A stretch of 64,000 bases of DNA from Treponema sp. (lineage in GTDB: Bacteria; Spirochaetota; Spirochaetia; Treponematales; Treponemataceae). The notes below the pieces were generated by a model, which searched no databases, was not told the DNA's origin, and was given only the letters and a program-made list of their open reading frames with translations. The position numbers and the translations under genes were made by a program. Positions 37,001 to 49,240 of this stretch are shown here, piece by piece (the stretch's first letter is position 1; every line of letters begins with the position of its first letter). The stretch is from contig JAZLGB010000012.1 of NCBI GenBank assembly GCA_045616085.1, positions 98 to 64,097 of the forward strand, given 5' to 3'.

Positions 37001-38342
37001 AGATGGCGTAAGCTTGATGAAGGATAGTGTTCTTCTTACTCGTGGTGGTAAGGAAATTACTGCTTCGGCTTCTGGTAAAGTACTTATTATCGATAATACA
37101 ATTTACCTTACAAATAAAGCAATCAAGGTTGAAATCTCTAACGGTTCTACTATCCTTGTTAAGGCTGGAGATATTGTTAAGGCTGGCCAGGCTCTTGGTA
37201 CATTCGATCAGTATTCAGATCCAATCATTGCAGAAAGCGATGGTTATGTTCACTTTGAAGATATTGTTGTAGGTTCAACATTGTCTGAAAAAGTTGATAT
37301 GAACACTGGTAACTCAGAACGTACAATTACAGACCTTCACCTTGATGTTAAACAGCCACGTATTCTTGTAACAGATGAAGCTGGTAACGAAATGGGTTCT
37401 TATTACCTCCCAGCTGGTGCCGTTCTTCAGGTAGAAGATAAGCAGCAGATCAAGGCTGGTGATACACTCGCTAAGATGCCAAAAGAAGCTACTAAGTCAC
37501 AGGATATTACTGGTGGTATCCCTCGTGTTACAGAATTGTTCGAAGCTCGTAAGCCAAAAGTTCCAGCTGTACTTGCACAGATCTCTGGTCTTGTTAAGTT
37601 CAAGGGAATTACAAAGGCTAAGCGTATCGTAACTGTAGAAGACGAATTTGGACGCGTATACGAACACCTTGTTCCAACAAACAAGCACATGATCGTTCGT
37701 GATGGTGACCACGTTGAAGCAGGTGAACAGTTGTGTGACGGTGCACCAAACCCAGCAGATATTCTTGCTATCCTTGGTGAAAACGCTCTTCAGAATTACT
37801 TGATGAAAGAAATCGATGACGTTTACCGTGCACAGGGTGTAAATATCAACGACAAGCATATTGGTACAATCGTTCGCCAGATGCTCCGTAAAGTTGAAAT
37901 TGTTGCTGTAGGTGATACAAGATTCATCTTCGGTCAGCAGGTAGATAAATACAAGTTCCATGAAGAAAACCGTCGCGTAGTTGCTGATGGTGGTCAGCCA
38001 GCTGTTGCTCGCCCAATGTATCAGGGTATTACAAAAGCTGCTTTGAATGTTGATTCATTCATTTCTGCTGCATCATTCCAGGAAACTACACGTGTTCTTA
38101 CAAATGCTGCTATTAAGGGTGATACTGATGGCTTGCATGGTATTAAGGAAAATGTAGCAATCGGACACATGATTCCTGCAGGTACAGGTATCAAGAATTA
38201 CAGAAATGTAAAGTTGTTCGATGGTAGCGACAAAGACCTTGATATTCAGATGGAAGAAATTCTTGAAAGACGTCGTCTGGAAAAAGAACAGGAAGAAAAC
38301 AACGCTATTGAGCCAGTTTTCGAAAGTGAAGATACAGACTAG
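34056..38342 (+). CDS. rpoC: RNA polymerase beta' subunit
   Basis: NADFDGDQM, Zn-binding Cys motifs; AAGGAG SD; overlaps the rpoB stop. Confidence 0.98.
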   Translation: MRDIQDFASLKIKLASPETIKAWSYGEVKKPETINYRTLRPEKDGLFCERIFGTTKEWECYCGKFKSIRYKGVICDRCGVEVTHFKVRRERTGHIELAAPVSHIWYYRSVPSRMGLLLDMQVAQLRSVLYYEKYIVIDAGDTDLKKMQLLSEDEYLEARERYGETFTADMGAEAIKTLLDSTDLDALATELRAKMIEKGAKSDKRLLKRIEIVENFRSSGNKASWMILDVIPVIPPDLRPMVQLDGGRFATSDLNDLYRRVINRNNRLRRLQLLNAPDIIIRNEKRMLQEAVDALFDNSKRKRVVKGASNRPLKSISDMLKGKQGRFRQNLLGKRVDYSGRSVIVVGPELKLWQCGLPTKMALELFKPFIMKKLVDKQVVFNIKKAKMLVEQEAPEVFGILDEVVREHPVMLNRAPTLHRLGILAFEPVLVEGKALKLHPLACKSFNADFDGDQMAIHVPLTQAAQMECWTLMLSARNLLDPANGNTIVAPSQDMVLGIYYMTAIKPNAKGTGKRFADPDEVRLAAESGAIEWQAEIIVPAPKDCFDGGKYSFDGKAFKAGDLIHTTAGTLAFNEAMPTDVRYINKQMGDKDLKKMIEHVYHTQGSWLTVQMLDAVKAVGYKNATFYGATLSMNDILVPEEKKEMVEKANAEVAKIVKDNAMGIITDDERFSKVTDIWARTTENLTNVMYDKLKKDKDGFNTIYMMATSGARGSKKQISQLAAMRGLMAKPGGDIIELPVKSNFKEGLSVIEYFISSNGARKGLSDTALKTADAGYMTRRLVDVAQDVVVNEEDCGTINGIDYAAIKEGDDIIVHLADRIVGHFTIERVIHPITGELICGVNEYITPELAKKIEDAGVEKVKLRTVLTCEAQHGICIKCYGQNLARNKIVEIGEAVGIIAAQSIGQPGTQLTLRTFHSGGTADKAVEDNRIVLKYNAIINDVQGTHVEMADGSWLFTRKGHMDVIRVLDSVVIESGDKLAVEDGVSLMKDSVLLTRGGKEITASASGKVLIIDNTIYLTNKAIKVEISNGSTILVKAGDIVKAGQALGTFDQYSDPIIAESDGYVHFEDIVVGSTLSEKVDMNTGNSERTITDLHLDVKQPRILVTDEAGNEMGSYYLPAGAVLQVEDKQQIKAGDTLAKMPKEATKSQDITGGIPRVTELFEARKPKVPAVLAQISGLVKFKGITKAKRIVTVEDEFGRVYEHLVPTNKHMIVRDGDHVEAGEQLCDGAPNPADILAILGENALQNYLMKEIDDVYRAQGVNINDKHIGTIVRQMLRKVEIVAVGDTRFIFGQQVDKYKFHEENRRVVADGGQPAVARPMYQGITKAALNVDSFISAASFQETTRVLTNAAIKGDTDGLHGIKENVAIGHMIPAGTGIKNYRNVKLFDGSDKDLDIQMEEILERRRLEKEQEENNAIEPVFESEDTD

Positions 38343-38387
38343 TCAACTTTCTTCTATATAATACAGTTTATATAGAAGAAATAGATG

Positions 38388-38419
38388 AAACCGATGGTGT
38401 AAAAGCCATCGGTTTTTTT
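38388..38419 (+). terminator. rpoC terminator
   Basis: AAACCGATGG...CCATCGGTTTTTTT. Confidence 0.8.
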
Positions 38420-38556
38420 ATGAATTTACATAAATTCTGTAAAATTCAATTGAATTCATTTTTAGAATTTATTAAAATCGTTAAACCTATCACTAACGGG
38501 TTTTTAGTGGTTAAAATCTTCCGATGTGCTGATCGGGAAATTCAAGGAGATAGGCG

Positions 38557-38931
38557 ATGCCTACAATCAATCAATTAATTCGTCAGGGACGTCAGTCAGT
38601 GGCTAACAGAACTAAGTCTCCAGCACTTCAGTCTTGTCCACAGAAACGCGGTGTTTGTACACGTGTTATGACTGTAACTCCAAAGAAACCAAACTCAGCT
38701 CTCCGTAAGGTAGCTCGTGTTCGTTTGTCAAATGGTATTGAAGTAACTGCATACATTCCTGGTATTGGTCATAACCTTCAGGAACACTCTGTAGTACTTA
38801 TCCGTGGTGGTCGTGTAAAGGACCTTCCTGGTGTACGCTACCATATCATTCGTGGTACAAAAGATACTCTCGGTGTAGAAGATCGTAAACGCGGCCGTTC
38901 TAAGTACGGTGCTAAGAGACCAAAGGCTTAA
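38557..38931 (+). CDS. rpsL: 30S ribosomal protein S12
   Basis: [18 protein letters not shown]. Confidence 0.98.
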   Translation: MPTINQLIRQGRQSVANRTKSPALQSCPQKRGVCTRVMTVTPKKPNSALRKVARVRLSNGIEVTAYIPGIGHNLQEHSVVLIRGGRVKDLPGVRYHIIRGTKDTLGVEDRKRGRSKYGAKRPKA

Positions 38932-38946
38932 TAAGGAAGGACTAAG

Positions 38947-39417
38947 ATGGGAAGACATAAGAAATCAATCGAACGTCCATGTATGCCAGACGTTAAATAT
39001 AATTCAAAGGTTGTTACTAAATTCGTTAGCCGCATGATGCTCGACGGAAAGAAAGCAACTTGTACAAAGATCATTTACGATGCAATGGATAAGCTTAAGG
39101 CTAAGACAGACAAGGATCCACTTGAAGTTTTCCTTAAGGCATTGGATAACGTAAAGCCTGTTGTTGAAGTAAAGTCACGCCGCGTTGGTGGTGCTACTTA
39201 CCAGGTACCAGTAGAAATCCGTGATAACCGTCGCGAAGCTTTGGCTATGCGTTGGATCATCGATGCAGCTCGTAACCGTTCAGGTCACGGAATGGCTGAT
39301 ACACTTTCTGCTGAATTGCTTGATGCATTCAACAATACAGGATCTGCTTTCAAGAAGAAGGAAGATACACACAAGATGGCTGAAGCTAACAAGGCTTTCG
39401 CTCACTTCAGATGGTAG
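38947..39417 (+). CDS. rpsG: 30S ribosomal protein S7
   Basis: [21 protein letters not shown]. Confidence 0.98.
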   Translation: MGRHKKSIERPCMPDVKYNSKVVTKFVSRMMLDGKKATCTKIIYDAMDKLKAKTDKDPLEVFLKALDNVKPVVEVKSRRVGGATYQVPVEIRDNRREALAMRWIIDAARNRSGHGMADTLSAELLDAFNNTGSAFKKKEDTHKMAEANKAFAHFRW

Positions 39418-39436
39418 TTCTCTTCTAGAAGAAGAC

Positions 39437-39469
39437 AAAAGACGTTCGGTAATCCGGACGTCTTTTTTT
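39437..39469 (+). terminator. rpsG terminator
   Basis: AAAAGACGTTCGG-TAAT-CCGGACGTCTTTTTTT. Confidence 0.85.
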
Positions 39470-39493
39470 ATTGACAAAATAAATTTTAGGGTC

Positions 39494-39522
39494 TTGCAAT
39501 TATTTTCTAAAAATTGTATAAA
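39494..39522 (+). promoter_or_regulatory. Sigma70 promoter of the tuf-S10 operon
   Basis: TTGCAA-N17-TATAAA. Confidence 0.7.
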
Positions 39523-39528
39523 TTAGAA

Positions 39529-39995
39529 ACTTACGCTCGTGTAGTGTATGAACTAGGGTTCTTTGAAAGTTGGCGGTTTGCTGTGAAGCAAAACTGGTGG
39601 TTCCGTAAAGTTAATTGTGTAAACAGTTTTCAGGAATTACGGCCCTTGAATGTCTTTCATGCCGTTGGCATGAAGCTTGATAACATGTGCATCCGGGGTT
39701 TCAACTGATCTGAGGTACAGATTCGGTTCTGACTCCATACCAGTTATCAAAATTAGACGTTTGATGATGTTCGGTGGTAACAGACCAAGATATTTCGAAA
39801 AAGCGATGGAATATCATGAAAGTTAATTACTTTATTAGTCCGTTAAATCAAAAACTGAATATTCTCATCAATACGCAATTAAAGTGTGTCTGCGAATGCA
39901 ATAGGTAACTGTTGTTACAGATTGTGTTCTGGCTTAAAGTGCAACACATTAAAAAAATAAGTATGTCGGTCTGAAAATCAGCAACCGACAAGGAG
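39529..39995 (+). ncRNA. Long structured 5' leader of tuf with boxB/boxA-like element
   Basis: GTTCTTTGAAA at 39558-39568; several hairpins including two GNRA loops. Confidence 0.5.
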
Positions 39996-40001
39996 AACAA
40001 C

Positions 40002-41192
40002 ATGGCAAAGGAGAAGTTCGTTAGAACTAAACCTCACATGAACGTTGGTACTATTGGTCACGTAGACCATGGTAAGACTACACTTTCAGCTGCTATCACT
40101 TCATACTGTGCTAACAAGTATGGTGATAAGGCTCTCAAGTACGATGAAATTGATAACGCTCCAGAAGAAAAGGAACGTGGTATCACAATCAAGACTCGTC
40201 ACTTGGAATATCAGTCAGACAAGAGACACTATGCTCATATCGACTGTCCAGGTCATGCTGACTACATTAAGAACATGATTACTGGTGCTGCTCAGATGGA
40301 TGGTTCTATCCTCGTAATCGCAGCTTCTGACGGTGTTATGGCTCAGACTCGTGAACACCTTTTGCTTGCTCGTCAGGTAGGTGTACCAAAGATCATCGTA
40401 TTCTTGAACAAAGTTGACCAGCTCGACGGCGATGAAGAAATGTTGATGCTCGTAGAAGAAGAAGTTAAAGACGTTGTACAGTCTTACGGATTCTCTGCTG
40501 ATACTCCAATCGTAAAGGGATCTGCTTTCAAGGCTTTGAACGAATCTTCTGACCCAGCTAACACAGCTGCTATCGAAGAATTGCTTACAGCTATGGATAC
40601 ATGGTTCGATGATCCAGAACGTGCTGAAGATAAGCCATTCTTGATGCCAATCGAAGATATCTTCACAATCTCTGGTCGTGGTACAGTAGTAACTGGACGT
40701 ATCGAACGTGGTGTAGTAAACATGGGTGATAACGTACAGATCGTTGGTATCCGCCCAACAGCTGATACAACAGTAACTGGTATCGAAATGTTCCAGAAGA
40801 CACTTGATCAGGGTATCGCCGGTGATAACGTTGGTATCCTCCTCCGTGGTGTTGAAAAGAAGGACGTTGTTCGTGGTCAGGTATTGGCTAAGCCAGCTTC
40901 AATCACTCCACATACAAAGTTCGAAGCTCAGCTTTACGTTCTTACAGAAGCTGAAGGTGGACGTCACTCATCATTCCGTAACGGTTACCGCCCACAGTTC
41001 TACTTCCGTACAACTGATATTACAGGTACTGTACAGCTCGGTGACGGTGTTGAAATGGTTAACCCAGGTGATAACGTTAAGGTTATCGGTGAACTTATCC
41101 ACCCAATCGCTATGGACGAAGGTCTTAAGCTTGCTATCCGTGAAGGCGGTCGTACAATCGCTTCTGGTCAGGTTACAAAGATTATCGAATAG
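40002..41192 (+). CDS. tuf: Elongation factor Tu
   Basis: [21 protein letters not shown]. Confidence 0.98.
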   Translation: MAKEKFVRTKPHMNVGTIGHVDHGKTTLSAAITSYCANKYGDKALKYDEIDNAPEEKERGITIKTRHLEYQSDKRHYAHIDCPGHADYIKNMITGAAQMDGSILVIAASDGVMAQTREHLLLARQVGVPKIIVFLNKVDQLDGDEEMLMLVEEEVKDVVQSYGFSADTPIVKGSAFKALNESSDPANTAAIEELLTAMDTWFDDPERAEDKPFLMPIEDIFTISGRGTVVTGRIERGVVNMGDNVQIVGIRPTADTTVTGIEMFQKTLDQGIAGDNVGILLRGVEKKDVVRGQVLAKPASITPHTKFEAQLYVLTEAEGGRHSSFRNGYRPQFYFRTTDITGTVQLGDGVEMVNPGDNVKVIGELIHPIAMDEGLKLAIREGGRTIASGQVTKIIE

Positions 41193-41262
41193 TTATTAAG
41201 ATGATCGGTTGGTCAGATGAGAAATCAGTTCTGACCAACTGAAATCTTGGAGGATTAAATTC

Positions 41263-41571
41263 ATGGCTAATGGAAAGATTCGTGTTCGACTTCGTGCTTT
41301 TGATGTTGAACTGATCGATCAGAGTGCTAAAGCTATCGTACAGGCTGTTCAGAAGGCTGGTGCTAAGGTTTCAGGACCTATCCCACTTCCAACACGTATC
41401 AATAAGGTAACAGTTCTTCGTTCACCACACGTAAACAAAAAGTCACGTGAACAGTTCGAAATGAGAACTCACAAACGCCTTATCGACATCTTGAATCCAT
41501 CAACAGACGTTATGGAATCATTGATGAAACTTGAACTTCCTGCAGGCGTTGCTGTAGAAATCAAACAGTAA
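41263..41571 (+). CDS. rpsJ: 30S ribosomal protein S10
   Basis: [19 protein letters not shown]. Confidence 0.98.
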   Translation: MANGKIRVRLRAFDVELIDQSAKAIVQAVQKAGAKVSGPIPLPTRINKVTVLRSPHVNKKSREQFEMRTHKRLIDILNPSTDVMESLMKLELPAGVAVEIKQ

Positions 41572-41664
41572 TTTTTAATTACTGTAAAAATTAAGGTACG
41601 GACCCTCCGGATCTGGGTTGGCGGCCAATAAAATGGACTTTAAGTCCAATTAGGAGATATCAGA

Positions 41665-42288
41665 ATGAAAGGTCTGATTGCAAAAAAAGTAGGAATGACA
41701 CAGGTTTTCGACGAAGCCGGTAACTTAACACCTGTTACTGTGATCCGCGTTGAACCAAACACTGTTGTTGCTACTAAAACAAAGGAAACATGCGGATACG
41801 ATGCTGTTGTTCTTGGTGTAGACGATATGAAGGCTAACAAGGCAACTAAGGCATACGCAGGCATTTTCCCAGAAAACGTTTCACCAAAACGTTCATTGAA
41901 AGAGTTCCGTGACTTCGAAAAAGAAGTTGCAGTAGGTGACTCTGTTGGTTTGGAATTGTTCGAAGGAACACGTTTCTTGGATGTTACAGCTACTTCTAAA
42001 GGTAAGGGCTTCCAGGGCGTAATGAAGAGATGGGGCTTCCATGGTGGACGCGCTACTCACGGTTCTAAATTCCATCGTGAAGCCGGTGGTACTGGTAGTT
42101 GTACAACACCTGGTCACTGTTTCAAGAATATTAAGATGCCAGGACACATGGGATTCAAGAGAATTACTGTTCAGAATCTCAAGATCGTTAAGATCGACCC
42201 AGAACTCAACATTATTTTGGTTCGTGGTGCTGTTCCAGGTAACAAAGACTGCACACTCATCGTGAAGTCCGCAGTAAAGAAGAACTAG
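41665..42288 (+). CDS. rplC: 50S ribosomal protein L3
   Basis: KVGMTQVF, KGKGFQG. Confidence 0.98.
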   Translation: MKGLIAKKVGMTQVFDEAGNLTPVTVIRVEPNTVVATKTKETCGYDAVVLGVDDMKANKATKAYAGIFPENVSPKRSLKEFRDFEKEVAVGDSVGLELFEGTRFLDVTATSKGKGFQGVMKRWGFHGGRATHGSKFHREAGGTGSCTTPGHCFKNIKMPGHMGFKRITVQNLKIVKIDPELNIILVRGAVPGNKDCTLIVKSAVKKN

Positions 42289-42298
42289 GAGATAGGAT

Positions 42299-42937
42299 AT
42301 GGAAAAGAAAGTATATTCAACTTCTGGAAAAGAACTGCGTACAATCACACTCGATGATAAAGTATTCGGTCTTCCAGTAAATGATGATGTTATTTACTAT
42401 GCCATCACAAACGAACTTGCTAACCTTCGTACAGGTACTGCTTGTACAAAGACTCGCAAAGAAGTTCATGGCAGTAACGCTAAGCCTTATAAGCAGAAGG
42501 GTACAGGTAACGCACGTCGTGGTGATAAGAAGTCTCCTCTTTGTGTAGGTGGCGGTACAATTTTTGGACCAAAACCAAAGGATTATTCTTATTCAATGCC
42601 TAAAAAGGCTAAGAGACTTGCAATTAAGTCTATCCTTTCTATGCAGGCTCAGAGCGATAGATTTACAGTAGTAGAAGATTTTACTGTTGAAAGCGGTAAA
42701 ACAAAGGATCTCGTAAAGATTCTTAGCAACTTCGCTAAAGATGAAAGAACAGTAATCGTTCTTAAAGATGATGATGCAAAGATTAAACAGTCTGGAAAGA
42801 ATCTTCCAAATGTTTCATTCCTTTCATTCAACCGTCTTCGTGCACACGATTTGTTCTACGCTCGCAAGGTTGTAGTTCTTGAATCTGCTGTTAAAAATCT
42901 TTCAGATTTCTACGCTGAAGATAAGGAGGCTAAATAA
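42299..42937 (+). CDS. rplD: 50S ribosomal protein L4
   Basis: [17 protein letters not shown]. Confidence 0.98.
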   Translation: MEKKVYSTSGKELRTITLDDKVFGLPVNDDVIYYAITNELANLRTGTACTKTRKEVHGSNAKPYKQKGTGNARRGDKKSPLCVGGGTIFGPKPKDYSYSMPKKAKRLAIKSILSMQAQSDRFTVVEDFTVESGKTKDLVKILSNFAKDERTVIVLKDDDAKIKQSGKNLPNVSFLSFNRLRAHDLFYARKVVVLESAVKNLSDFYAEDKEAK

Positions 42938-43221
42938 TGAATTATTCTGATATTCTTATTGAGCCTGTTGTTTCAGAAAAAGCTAACGGACTTCGTGAAC
43001 AGAACAAGTATGTTTTCAAAGTAGCTACTTCTGCAACAAAAGAAGAAATTAAAGAAGCTGTAGCAAAACTTTTCAACGTAAAAGTTGTTGACTGCACTAC
43101 TATCAACGTTATGGGCAAAGTAAAGAGACTTCGTGGTCGTCCAGGAAGAACAAGCTCATACAAAAAGGCAATTGTACGCGTAGCTGCTGGTGAAACAATC
43201 GCAGTTTTCGAAGGCGTATAA
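42937..43221 (+). CDS. rplW: 50S ribosomal protein L23
   Basis: PVVSEKA, KKAIV; synteny. Confidence 0.97.
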   Translation: MNYSDILIEPVVSEKANGLREQNKYVFKVATSATKEEIKEAVAKLFNVKVVDCTTINVMGKVKRLRGRPGRTSSYKKAIVRVAAGETIAVFEGV

Positions 43222-43245
43222 TTACAGTAACTAAGGGGAAATAAA

Positions 43246-44070
43246 ATGGCTCTTAAAGTATATAAGCCAATGACTCCAGGTACACGCGGACGCGTTGACC
43301 TGATTAGAGAAGAACTGACAACCGACAGACCCGAAAAAACTTTGGTGTCAGGTAAAAAGTCTAATGGTGGTCGTGGTCAGGGTGGTCGTATTTCTGTACG
43401 TCATCAGGGCGGCGGACACAAAAGACGCTATCGTGAGATTGATTTCAAACGCGAAAAGCACGGTATTCCTGGAACAGTTAAGACTATCGAATACGATCCA
43501 AACCGTTCTGCTAACATCGCTTTGATTTTCTACGCTGACGGTGACAAGCGTTATATCATTGCACCAAAAGGTTTGCAGGTTGGCCAGAAAGTAATGTCTG
43601 GTGAAAACGCAACACCAACAGTTGGAAACGCTCTTCCACTTGATAACATTCCAGTCGGATTCACAATTCATAACATTGAATTGACTCTCGGACAGGGTGG
43701 TCAGTTGGTTCGTTCAGCTGGTGCAAGTGCTATGATCGCTGGTCGTGAAGGTATCTACGTAATCGTACGTCTTCCATCTGGTGAAATGCGCAAAGTAAAC
43801 GGTCGCTGCTACGCTACTATCGGTGTTGTAGGAAACGAAGAACACATGAACGTACAGCTCGGAAAAGCTGGTCACAAACGCTGGCTTGGTATTCGCCCAA
43901 CAGTTCGCGGTATGGCTATGAACCCAGTAGATCACCCACTTGGTGGTGGTGAAGGTGCTGGTAAAGGTCGTAACCCTGTTACTCCATGGGGACAGCCTTG
44001 TAAGGGTTACAAGACTCGTAACAAGAGAAAGCCTTCTAACAATTTCATTGTTTCAAGACGTAAGAAGTAG
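43246..44070 (+). CDS. rplB: 50S ribosomal protein L2
   Basis: [22 protein letters not shown]. Confidence 0.98.
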   Translation: MALKVYKPMTPGTRGRVDLIREELTTDRPEKTLVSGKKSNGGRGQGGRISVRHQGGGHKRRYREIDFKREKHGIPGTVKTIEYDPNRSANIALIFYADGDKRYIIAPKGLQVGQKVMSGENATPTVGNALPLDNIPVGFTIHNIELTLGQGGQLVRSAGASAMIAGREGIYVIVRLPSGEMRKVNGRCYATIGVVGNEEHMNVQLGKAGHKRWLGIRPTVRGMAMNPVDHPLGGGEGAGKGRNPVTPWGQPCKGYKTRNKRKPSNNFIVSRRKK

Positions 44071-44087
44071 TCACATAGGAGAATACG

Positions 44088-44372
44088 GTGTCAAGATCTG
44101 TTAAAAAAGGACCTTTTGTAGAAAAATCACTTTACAAAAAGGTTGCAGCAATGAACAAAGAAGCAGACAAGAAAATGATCAAAACATATTCTCGCTGCTC
44201 AACAATCATTCCTGAAATGGTAGGCAATACTATTTCTGTTTATAATGGTAAATCATGGATTCCTGTGTACGTAACAGAAAATCTCGTTGGCCACAAGCTC
44301 GGCGAATTTGCTCCAACACGTACATATCATGGACATGGTGGTACAGACAAAACAGCTAAGGCTGGTAAATAA
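44088..44372 (+). CDS. rpsS: 30S ribosomal protein S19
   Basis: [20 protein letters not shown]. Confidence 0.98.
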   Translation: MSRSVKKGPFVEKSLYKKVAAMNKEADKKMIKTYSRCSTIIPEMVGNTISVYNGKSWIPVYVTENLVGHKLGEFAPTRTYHGHGGTDKTAKAGK

Positions 44373-44384
44373 TAGGTGGATATT

Positions 44385-44741
44385 ATGGCTGAAAAGAAAG
44401 GTTATGTAGCCACATCAAAATTCCTTATTGCTTCTCCAACTAAGGTTCGTCCAGTTGCAAAGCTTGTTAATCAGCAGCCAGTAACAAAGGCATTGGCAAT
44501 TCTTGCTAACATGCCACAGAAAGGTGCTGGACTTATTAACGCTACTTTGAAATCAGCAATTGCAAATGCGCTGAATTTGAACAATAAGCTTGATGAAGAT
44601 ATGCTCTACGTAAAAGAAATTAGAATTGATGAAGGTCCAAGACTCAAGAGAGTTTGGTTCCGCGCACGTGGTCGTGCTGATCAGCTTTTGAAGCGTATGT
44701 GTCATATTACTGTTATCGTTGACGAGAAGGCAGGGGAATAA
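44385..44741 (+). CDS. rplV: 50S ribosomal protein L22
   Basis: SAIANA, RARGRA, HITV. Confidence 0.97.
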   Translation: MAEKKGYVATSKFLIASPTKVRPVAKLVNQQPVTKALAILANMPQKGAGLINATLKSAIANALNLNNKLDEDMLYVKEIRIDEGPRLKRVWFRARGRADQLLKRMCHITVIVDEKAGE

Positions 44742-44743
44742 AA

Positions 44744-45493
44744 GTGGGTCAGAAAGTTAGTCCAATCGGTTTGCGCTTAGGCGTAAACAAAACATGGCAG
44801 TCACGTTGGTATGCAGATTTCCGTGATTATGCAGACCTCGTTCTTGAAGATGTAAAAATCCGTAAAATGGTTATGGATCTTCCAGAATGCAAAAACGCTG
44901 ACATTGCTGAAATCGAAATTGTACGTCACCCACAGCGTGTAACAATCGTTATTCACACTGCTCGTCCGGGTGTAATTATTGGTGTAAAAGGTGCTACAAT
45001 CGAAAAGATTAGCGCAGATATCCAGGCTCAGTTGACTAAAAAAGTTCAGATCAAGATTAAGGAAGTTAAGCGTGCAGAAGTTAATGCTAGCTTGATCGCT
45101 CAGAATGTTGGTCGTCAGCTTTCTGGTCACGGTTCATTCCGCAAGGCTTTGAAGCAGGCTGTTTCAAACGCTATGCGCAATGGTGCACAGGGTATCAAGA
45201 TTCGTCTTTCAGGTCGTCTTGGCGGCGCTGAAATGAAGAGAACTGAAGAGCATAAGGAAGGACGCGTTCCACTTCACACTCTTCGTGCTGATATCGACTA
45301 CAGTACATTCGAAGCTCATACAGCATACGGTAAAATCGGTGTTAAAGTATGGGTTTACAACGGAATGAACTATGGTATCGAACAGAACGAAGATGCAGGC
45401 CAGCTTGTTCGCAAGCCACGCCGTGAACGTTCACAGCGTCCTAATGCAGATAAGGCTGAAAAATCAGAACCTTCTGCAAAGGAAAGGAGCTAA
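44744..45493 (+). CDS. rpsC: 30S ribosomal protein S3
   Basis: [24 protein letters not shown]. Confidence 0.98.
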   Translation: MGQKVSPIGLRLGVNKTWQSRWYADFRDYADLVLEDVKIRKMVMDLPECKNADIAEIEIVRHPQRVTIVIHTARPGVIIGVKGATIEKISADIQAQLTKKVQIKIKEVKRAEVNASLIAQNVGRQLSGHGSFRKALKQAVSNAMRNGAQGIKIRLSGRLGGAEMKRTEEHKEGRVPLHTLRADIDYSTFEAHTAYGKIGVKVWVYNGMNYGIEQNEDAGQLVRKPRRERSQRPNADKAEKSEPSAKERS

Positions 45494-45496
45494 GTT

Positions 45497-45916
45497 ATGC
45501 CATTAAGTCCAAAAAGAGTTATGCATCGTAAGGTGCAGCGTGGTAGAGAAAAGGGTAATGCTACACGTGACAATTTTGTAGACTTCGGTGATATTGCTCT
45601 CGTTGCAATGGAACCAACATGGTTAAGCGCTCGTGTAATTGAAGCAGCTCGTGTTGCTATCAATCGTAAGCTTGACCGTAAGGGACAGGTTTGGATTCGC
45701 GTATTCCCAGATAAGCCAATCTCTAAGAAACCTGCTGAAGTTCGTATGGGTAAGGGTAAGGGTGCTCCAGAATCTTGGGCAGCTGTTATCAAACCTGGTA
45801 TGATTTTGTTTGAAGTTGGCGGAGTTGATGTCAAGCTCGCTCACAGAGCACTTGAATTGGCTTCTGATAAATTGCCAATCACAACAAAAATCGCTTATAA
45901 GCCAACACAGGACTAA
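45497..45916 (+). CDS. rplP: 50S ribosomal protein L16
   Basis: IEAAR, RMGKGKG. Confidence 0.98.
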   Translation: MPLSPKRVMHRKVQRGREKGNATRDNFVDFGDIALVAMEPTWLSARVIEAARVAINRKLDRKGQVWIRVFPDKPISKKPAEVRMGKGKGAPESWAAVIKPGMILFEVGGVDVKLAHRALELASDKLPITTKIAYKPTQD

Positions 45917-45927
45917 GGAGGAATAAG

Positions 45928-46137
45928 ATGGCTGAATCAAAGAAAAAGACTGATAAAGAATTATCTTATTCTGAATTGGTTGCAAAGCGTGATGAGCTTA
46001 AGAAGAAGTACATGGACCTCCGTTTCAAGATGGTTGTTTCTCATGTAGATAACCCAATGCAGAAACGTGCAATGCGTCGTGAAATTGCTCGTTTGAATAC
46101 TTTCATTCAGCAGAAATCTGCTGAAGAAAATAAGTAG
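45928..46137 (+). CDS. rpmC: 50S ribosomal protein L29
   Basis: LRF...RREIARLNT; synteny. Confidence 0.95.
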   Translation: MAESKKKTDKELSYSELVAKRDELKKKYMDLRFKMVVSHVDNPMQKRAMRREIARLNTFIQQKSAEENK

Positions 46138-46147
46138 GAGCTGAACC

Positions 46148-46426
46148 GTGGCAGAAAATACTGTTCAGACTGTAGAGACACCAAAAAAACGTGAATTCGT
46201 TGGTCTCGTTACAAGTGACAAGATGGATAAGACTATCGTAGTAACTGTAACAACAAAGAAGATGGATCGTCTTTACAAGAAATATGTTACTCGATCAAAG
46301 AAGTATATGGCCCAGGATGAAAAGAACGATGCTCACATCGGTGACACAGTTCGCATCGTGGAATGCAGACCGCTCAGCAAGAATAAGGCTTGGCGTCTTG
46401 TAGAAATCGTTGAACGCGCTAAATAA
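46148..46426 (+). CDS. rpsQ: 30S ribosomal protein S17
   Basis: [17 protein letters not shown]. Confidence 0.97.
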   Translation: MAENTVQTVETPKKREFVGLVTSDKMDKTIVVTVTTKKMDRLYKKYVTRSKKYMAQDEKNDAHIGDTVRIVECRPLSKNKAWRLVEIVERAK

Positions 46427-46445
46427 GGTATAAAGGAGTAAAACT

Positions 46446-46814
46446 ATGATTCAGATGCAGTCATGTATGACAGTTGCTGATAACTCCGGTGCTAAGATCG
46501 CTCAGTGTATCAAAGTACTTGGTGGTTCACACCGCCGTTATGCCGGAATTGGCGACATCGTTGTTGTTGCAATTAAAGATGCTATCCCAACATCCACAAT
46601 TAAAAAGGGTGCTGTTCAGAAGGCAGTAATTGTACGACAGGCAAAAGAATACCGTCGTCCTGATGGAACTTACATTCGTTTCGATGATAACGCTTGTGTT
46701 ATCGTTGACGAAAACAAGAATCCAAAGGGAAAACGCATCTTTGGACCTGTAGCTCGTGAGCTTCGTGATATGGATTTCATGAAAATCGTTTCACTTGCTC
46801 CAGAGGTACTCTAA
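46446..46814 (+). CDS. rplN: 50S ribosomal protein L14
   Basis: [18 protein letters not shown]. Confidence 0.98.
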   Translation: MIQMQSCMTVADNSGAKIAQCIKVLGGSHRRYAGIGDIVVVAIKDAIPTSTIKKGAVQKAVIVRQAKEYRRPDGTYIRFDDNACVIVDENKNPKGKRIFGPVARELRDMDFMKIVSLAPEVL

Positions 46815-46826
46815 GGGGTTATGGTT

Positions 46827-47141
46827 ATGGAAAAGAAATTCAAGATCCGTAAAGATGACACTGTAGAAGTTATTGCAGGTAAAGATAAGGGAAAGCGCGG
46901 AACAGTTGTTAGCGTTATCTCTAAGAAAGATGCAGTAATCGTATCTGGTGTTAATATTGTTAAAAAAGCAATGAAAAAGCGTAGTCAGCAGGATCAGGGT
47001 GGTATCGCTGAAATTGAAGCACCACTCAACATTTCAAATGTTGCTATCGTATGTAAAAAGTGCGGTCCTGTAAAAGTTGGCTATAAGATGAATGGCGACA
47101 AGAAAGTTCGCGTTTGTCGTAAATGTGGAGAAACACTGTAA
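46827..47141 (+). CDS. rplX: 50S ribosomal protein L24
   Basis: VIAGKDKGK; start 46821 or 46827. Confidence 0.96.
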   Translation: MEKKFKIRKDDTVEVIAGKDKGKRGTVVSVISKKDAVIVSGVNIVKKAMKKRSQQDQGGIAEIEAPLNISNVAIVCKKCGPVKVGYKMNGDKKVRVCRKCGETL

Positions 47142-47692
47142 TGGCTAATTACGTACCTCGGCTTAAGAAAGTCTATAAGGACACTATCGCTCCAGAAATG
47201 GTTAAAGAATTTAACTATTCAACTCCAATGCAGATTCCAGCTATCAAAAAGGTAGTTGTAAGCATGGGTGTAGGCGAAGCTCTCACAAATAAGAAACTCC
47301 TTGATGCCGCAGTTACTGACTTGACACAGATCACAGGTCAGAAAGCTGTTAAGACAAGAGCAAAGAAGAGTATCGCTAACTTTAAGTTGCGTGAGGGTAA
47401 TGAAGTAGGAGCAATGGTAACATTGCGCGGAACAATTATGTATGAATTCTTGGACCGCCTTATTAACGTTGCGTTCCCACGTATTAAGGACTTCCGTGGA
47501 ATCAAGGCTACTGGTTTTGATGGACACGGAAATTTCTCAGTTGGTATTACTGAACAGTTGATCTTCCCAGAAATCGACTTCGATAAGATCGTAAAGATTG
47601 CTGGTATGAACATCACTATCGTAACAAGTGCAAAGACTGATGCAGAAGCAAAAGCTTTGCTTACCAAATTCAACATGCCATTCCGTAAGTAG
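47141..47692 (+). CDS. rplE: 50S ribosomal protein L5
   Basis: ITGQKA, FDGHGN, IFPEI. Confidence 0.98.
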   Translation: MANYVPRLKKVYKDTIAPEMVKEFNYSTPMQIPAIKKVVVSMGVGEALTNKKLLDAAVTDLTQITGQKAVKTRAKKSIANFKLREGNEVGAMVTLRGTIMYEFLDRLINVAFPRIKDFRGIKATGFDGHGNFSVGITEQLIFPEIDFDKIVKIAGMNITIVTSAKTDAEAKALLTKFNMPFRK

Positions 47693-47704
47693 AGTGAGGG
47701 ATAC

Positions 47705-47890
47705 ATGGCTAAGAAATCAATGATTATTAAAGCCGCTCGCAAACAGAAGTATGAAACTAGACAGTACAATCGCTGTCAGCTTTGCGGACGTCCACGTGGA
47801 TATTTGAGAAAGTACAAGATGTGTCGTATCTGCTTTCGCAAATTAGCAAGTGAAGGCCTTCTTCCAGGCGTCACAAAATCAAGTTGGTAG
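47705..47890 (+). CDS. rpsN: 30S ribosomal protein S14 (Zn-binding type Z)
   Basis: [15 protein letters not shown]. Confidence 0.97.
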   Translation: MAKKSMIIKAARKQKYETRQYNRCQLCGRPRGYLRKYKMCRICFRKLASEGLLPGVTKSSW

Positions 47891-47907
47891 AGTGGTAGGA
47901 GAATAAT

Positions 47908-48306
47908 ATGAGTGCATCAGATCCAGTAGCAGACATGCTCACTAAGGTTCGCAATGCGGCTAATGCCCGCCACGAAAAAGTAGATATTCCTGCTTCAAAA
48001 TTGAAGCTCGAAATCGTAAAGATTTTGAAAACAGAAGGATATATCAAAAACTTTAAGAAGGTTCAGGAAGACGGACACTCTGTTATCCGTATCATCCTGA
48101 AGTATGATGACAGCAATAATCCTGTAATCCATGGTGCTAAGAAAATTTCTACACCTGGACGTCGTGTTTATTCTGGTTACAAAGATTTGCCACGCGTATT
48201 CAATGGATACGGTACAATCATCGTTTCAACTTCTGCTGGTATCACAACTGGTAAGAAGGCTACTGAAAAGCAGGTTGGTGGTGAATTGATCTGCTCTATC
48301 TGGTAA
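47908..48306 (+). CDS. rpsH: 30S ribosomal protein S8
   Basis: [15 protein letters not shown]. Confidence 0.98.
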   Translation: MSASDPVADMLTKVRNAANARHEKVDIPASKLKLEIVKILKTEGYIKNFKKVQEDGHSVIRIILKYDDSNNPVIHGAKKISTPGRRVYSGYKDLPRVFNGYGTIIVSTSAGITTGKKATEKQVGGELICSIW

Positions 48307-48318
48307 TAGGAGGAAGAA

Positions 48319-48858
48319 ATGTCTAAAGTAGGTAAACTTCCTGTAACTGTTCCAGCTGGAGTAACAGTAACTGTATCTAACGGTGTAGTAACTGTAAAAG
48401 GTCCAAAAGGTGAACTTAAACAGGAAATTGGTAACAATGTTAAAGTTGAAGTAAAAGACGGTGTTGTAGAATTGGCTCAGGCTGACTCTTCAAAACAGGC
48501 TAACGCTTTCCACGGTCTTTATAGAAACCTTATCAACAACATGGTTACTGGTGTAACAACAGGTTTTACAAAAACATTGGTAATCACAGGTGTAGGTTAT
48601 CGTGCTGAAGTTCAGGGTAAGACTCTTATGTTGAACCTTGGATACTCAAACGATTTCTTTGCTGCAATTCCAGAAGGTCTTACTGTAACAGCTGATGCTA
48701 ACGGTAAATTGTCTGTATCTGGTATTGATAAACAGCAGGTTGGCGAATTCTGTGCTCAGATTCGTAAGCTTCGTATGCCAGAACCTTACAAGGGAAAGGG
48801 TATTCGTTACGAAGATGAAGTTATCCGACGCAAAGTTGGTAAGACTGGTGTTAAATAA
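48319..48858 (+). CDS. rplF: 50S ribosomal protein L6
   Basis: [17 protein letters not shown]. Confidence 0.98.
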   Translation: MSKVGKLPVTVPAGVTVTVSNGVVTVKGPKGELKQEIGNNVKVEVKDGVVELAQADSSKQANAFHGLYRNLINNMVTGVTTGFTKTLVITGVGYRAEVQGKTLMLNLGYSNDFFAAIPEGLTVTADANGKLSVSGIDKQQVGEFCAQIRKLRMPEPYKGKGIRYEDEVIRRKVGKTGVK

Positions 48859-48869
48859 GGTAGGCTAGT

Positions 48870-49232
48870 ATGTTTAAGAAACTTAATGACAAAGACAGAA
48901 AGCGCCTTCACAGAAAGGTTCACATTCGTAAGAGTGTATATGGAACAGCTGACCGTCCACGTATGACAGTTACACGTTCTAACAAGAACATTTCTGTTCA
49001 GGTAATTAATGATGACGAGGGAAAGACACTCGCTTCAATTTCTACTTATGAAAAAGAATTCGAAGCTCTCAAGGCTAACACTGACGGAGCTAAGAAACTT
49101 GGTGAAGCTTTTGGTGCACGCCTTAAGGATAAGAAGATTACTAAGGTAGTTTTCGACCGTAACGGTTACCTTTATCACGGTGTTGTAAAAGCCCTTGCAG
49201 ACGGCACACGTAGTGCTGGAATTGAGTTCTAG
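48870..49232 (+). CDS. rplR: 50S ribosomal protein L18
   Basis: [12 protein letters not shown]. Confidence 0.98.
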   Translation: MFKKLNDKDRKRLHRKVHIRKSVYGTADRPRMTVTRSNKNISVQVINDDEGKTLASISTYEKEFEALKANTDGAKKLGEAFGARLKDKKITKVVFDRNGYLYHGVVKALADGTRSAGIEF

Positions 49233-49240
49233 GAGTAAAG

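Noticed and set aside
39514-39708. 64-aa TTG ORF in the tuf leader
   Set aside because: The start overlaps the -10 box, there is no SD, and codon usage is atypical.
39418-40001. fusA missing between rpsG and tuf
   Set aside because: Usual for spirochaetes, where fusA is encoded elsewhere; no EF-G remnant seen, so not called a pseudogene.
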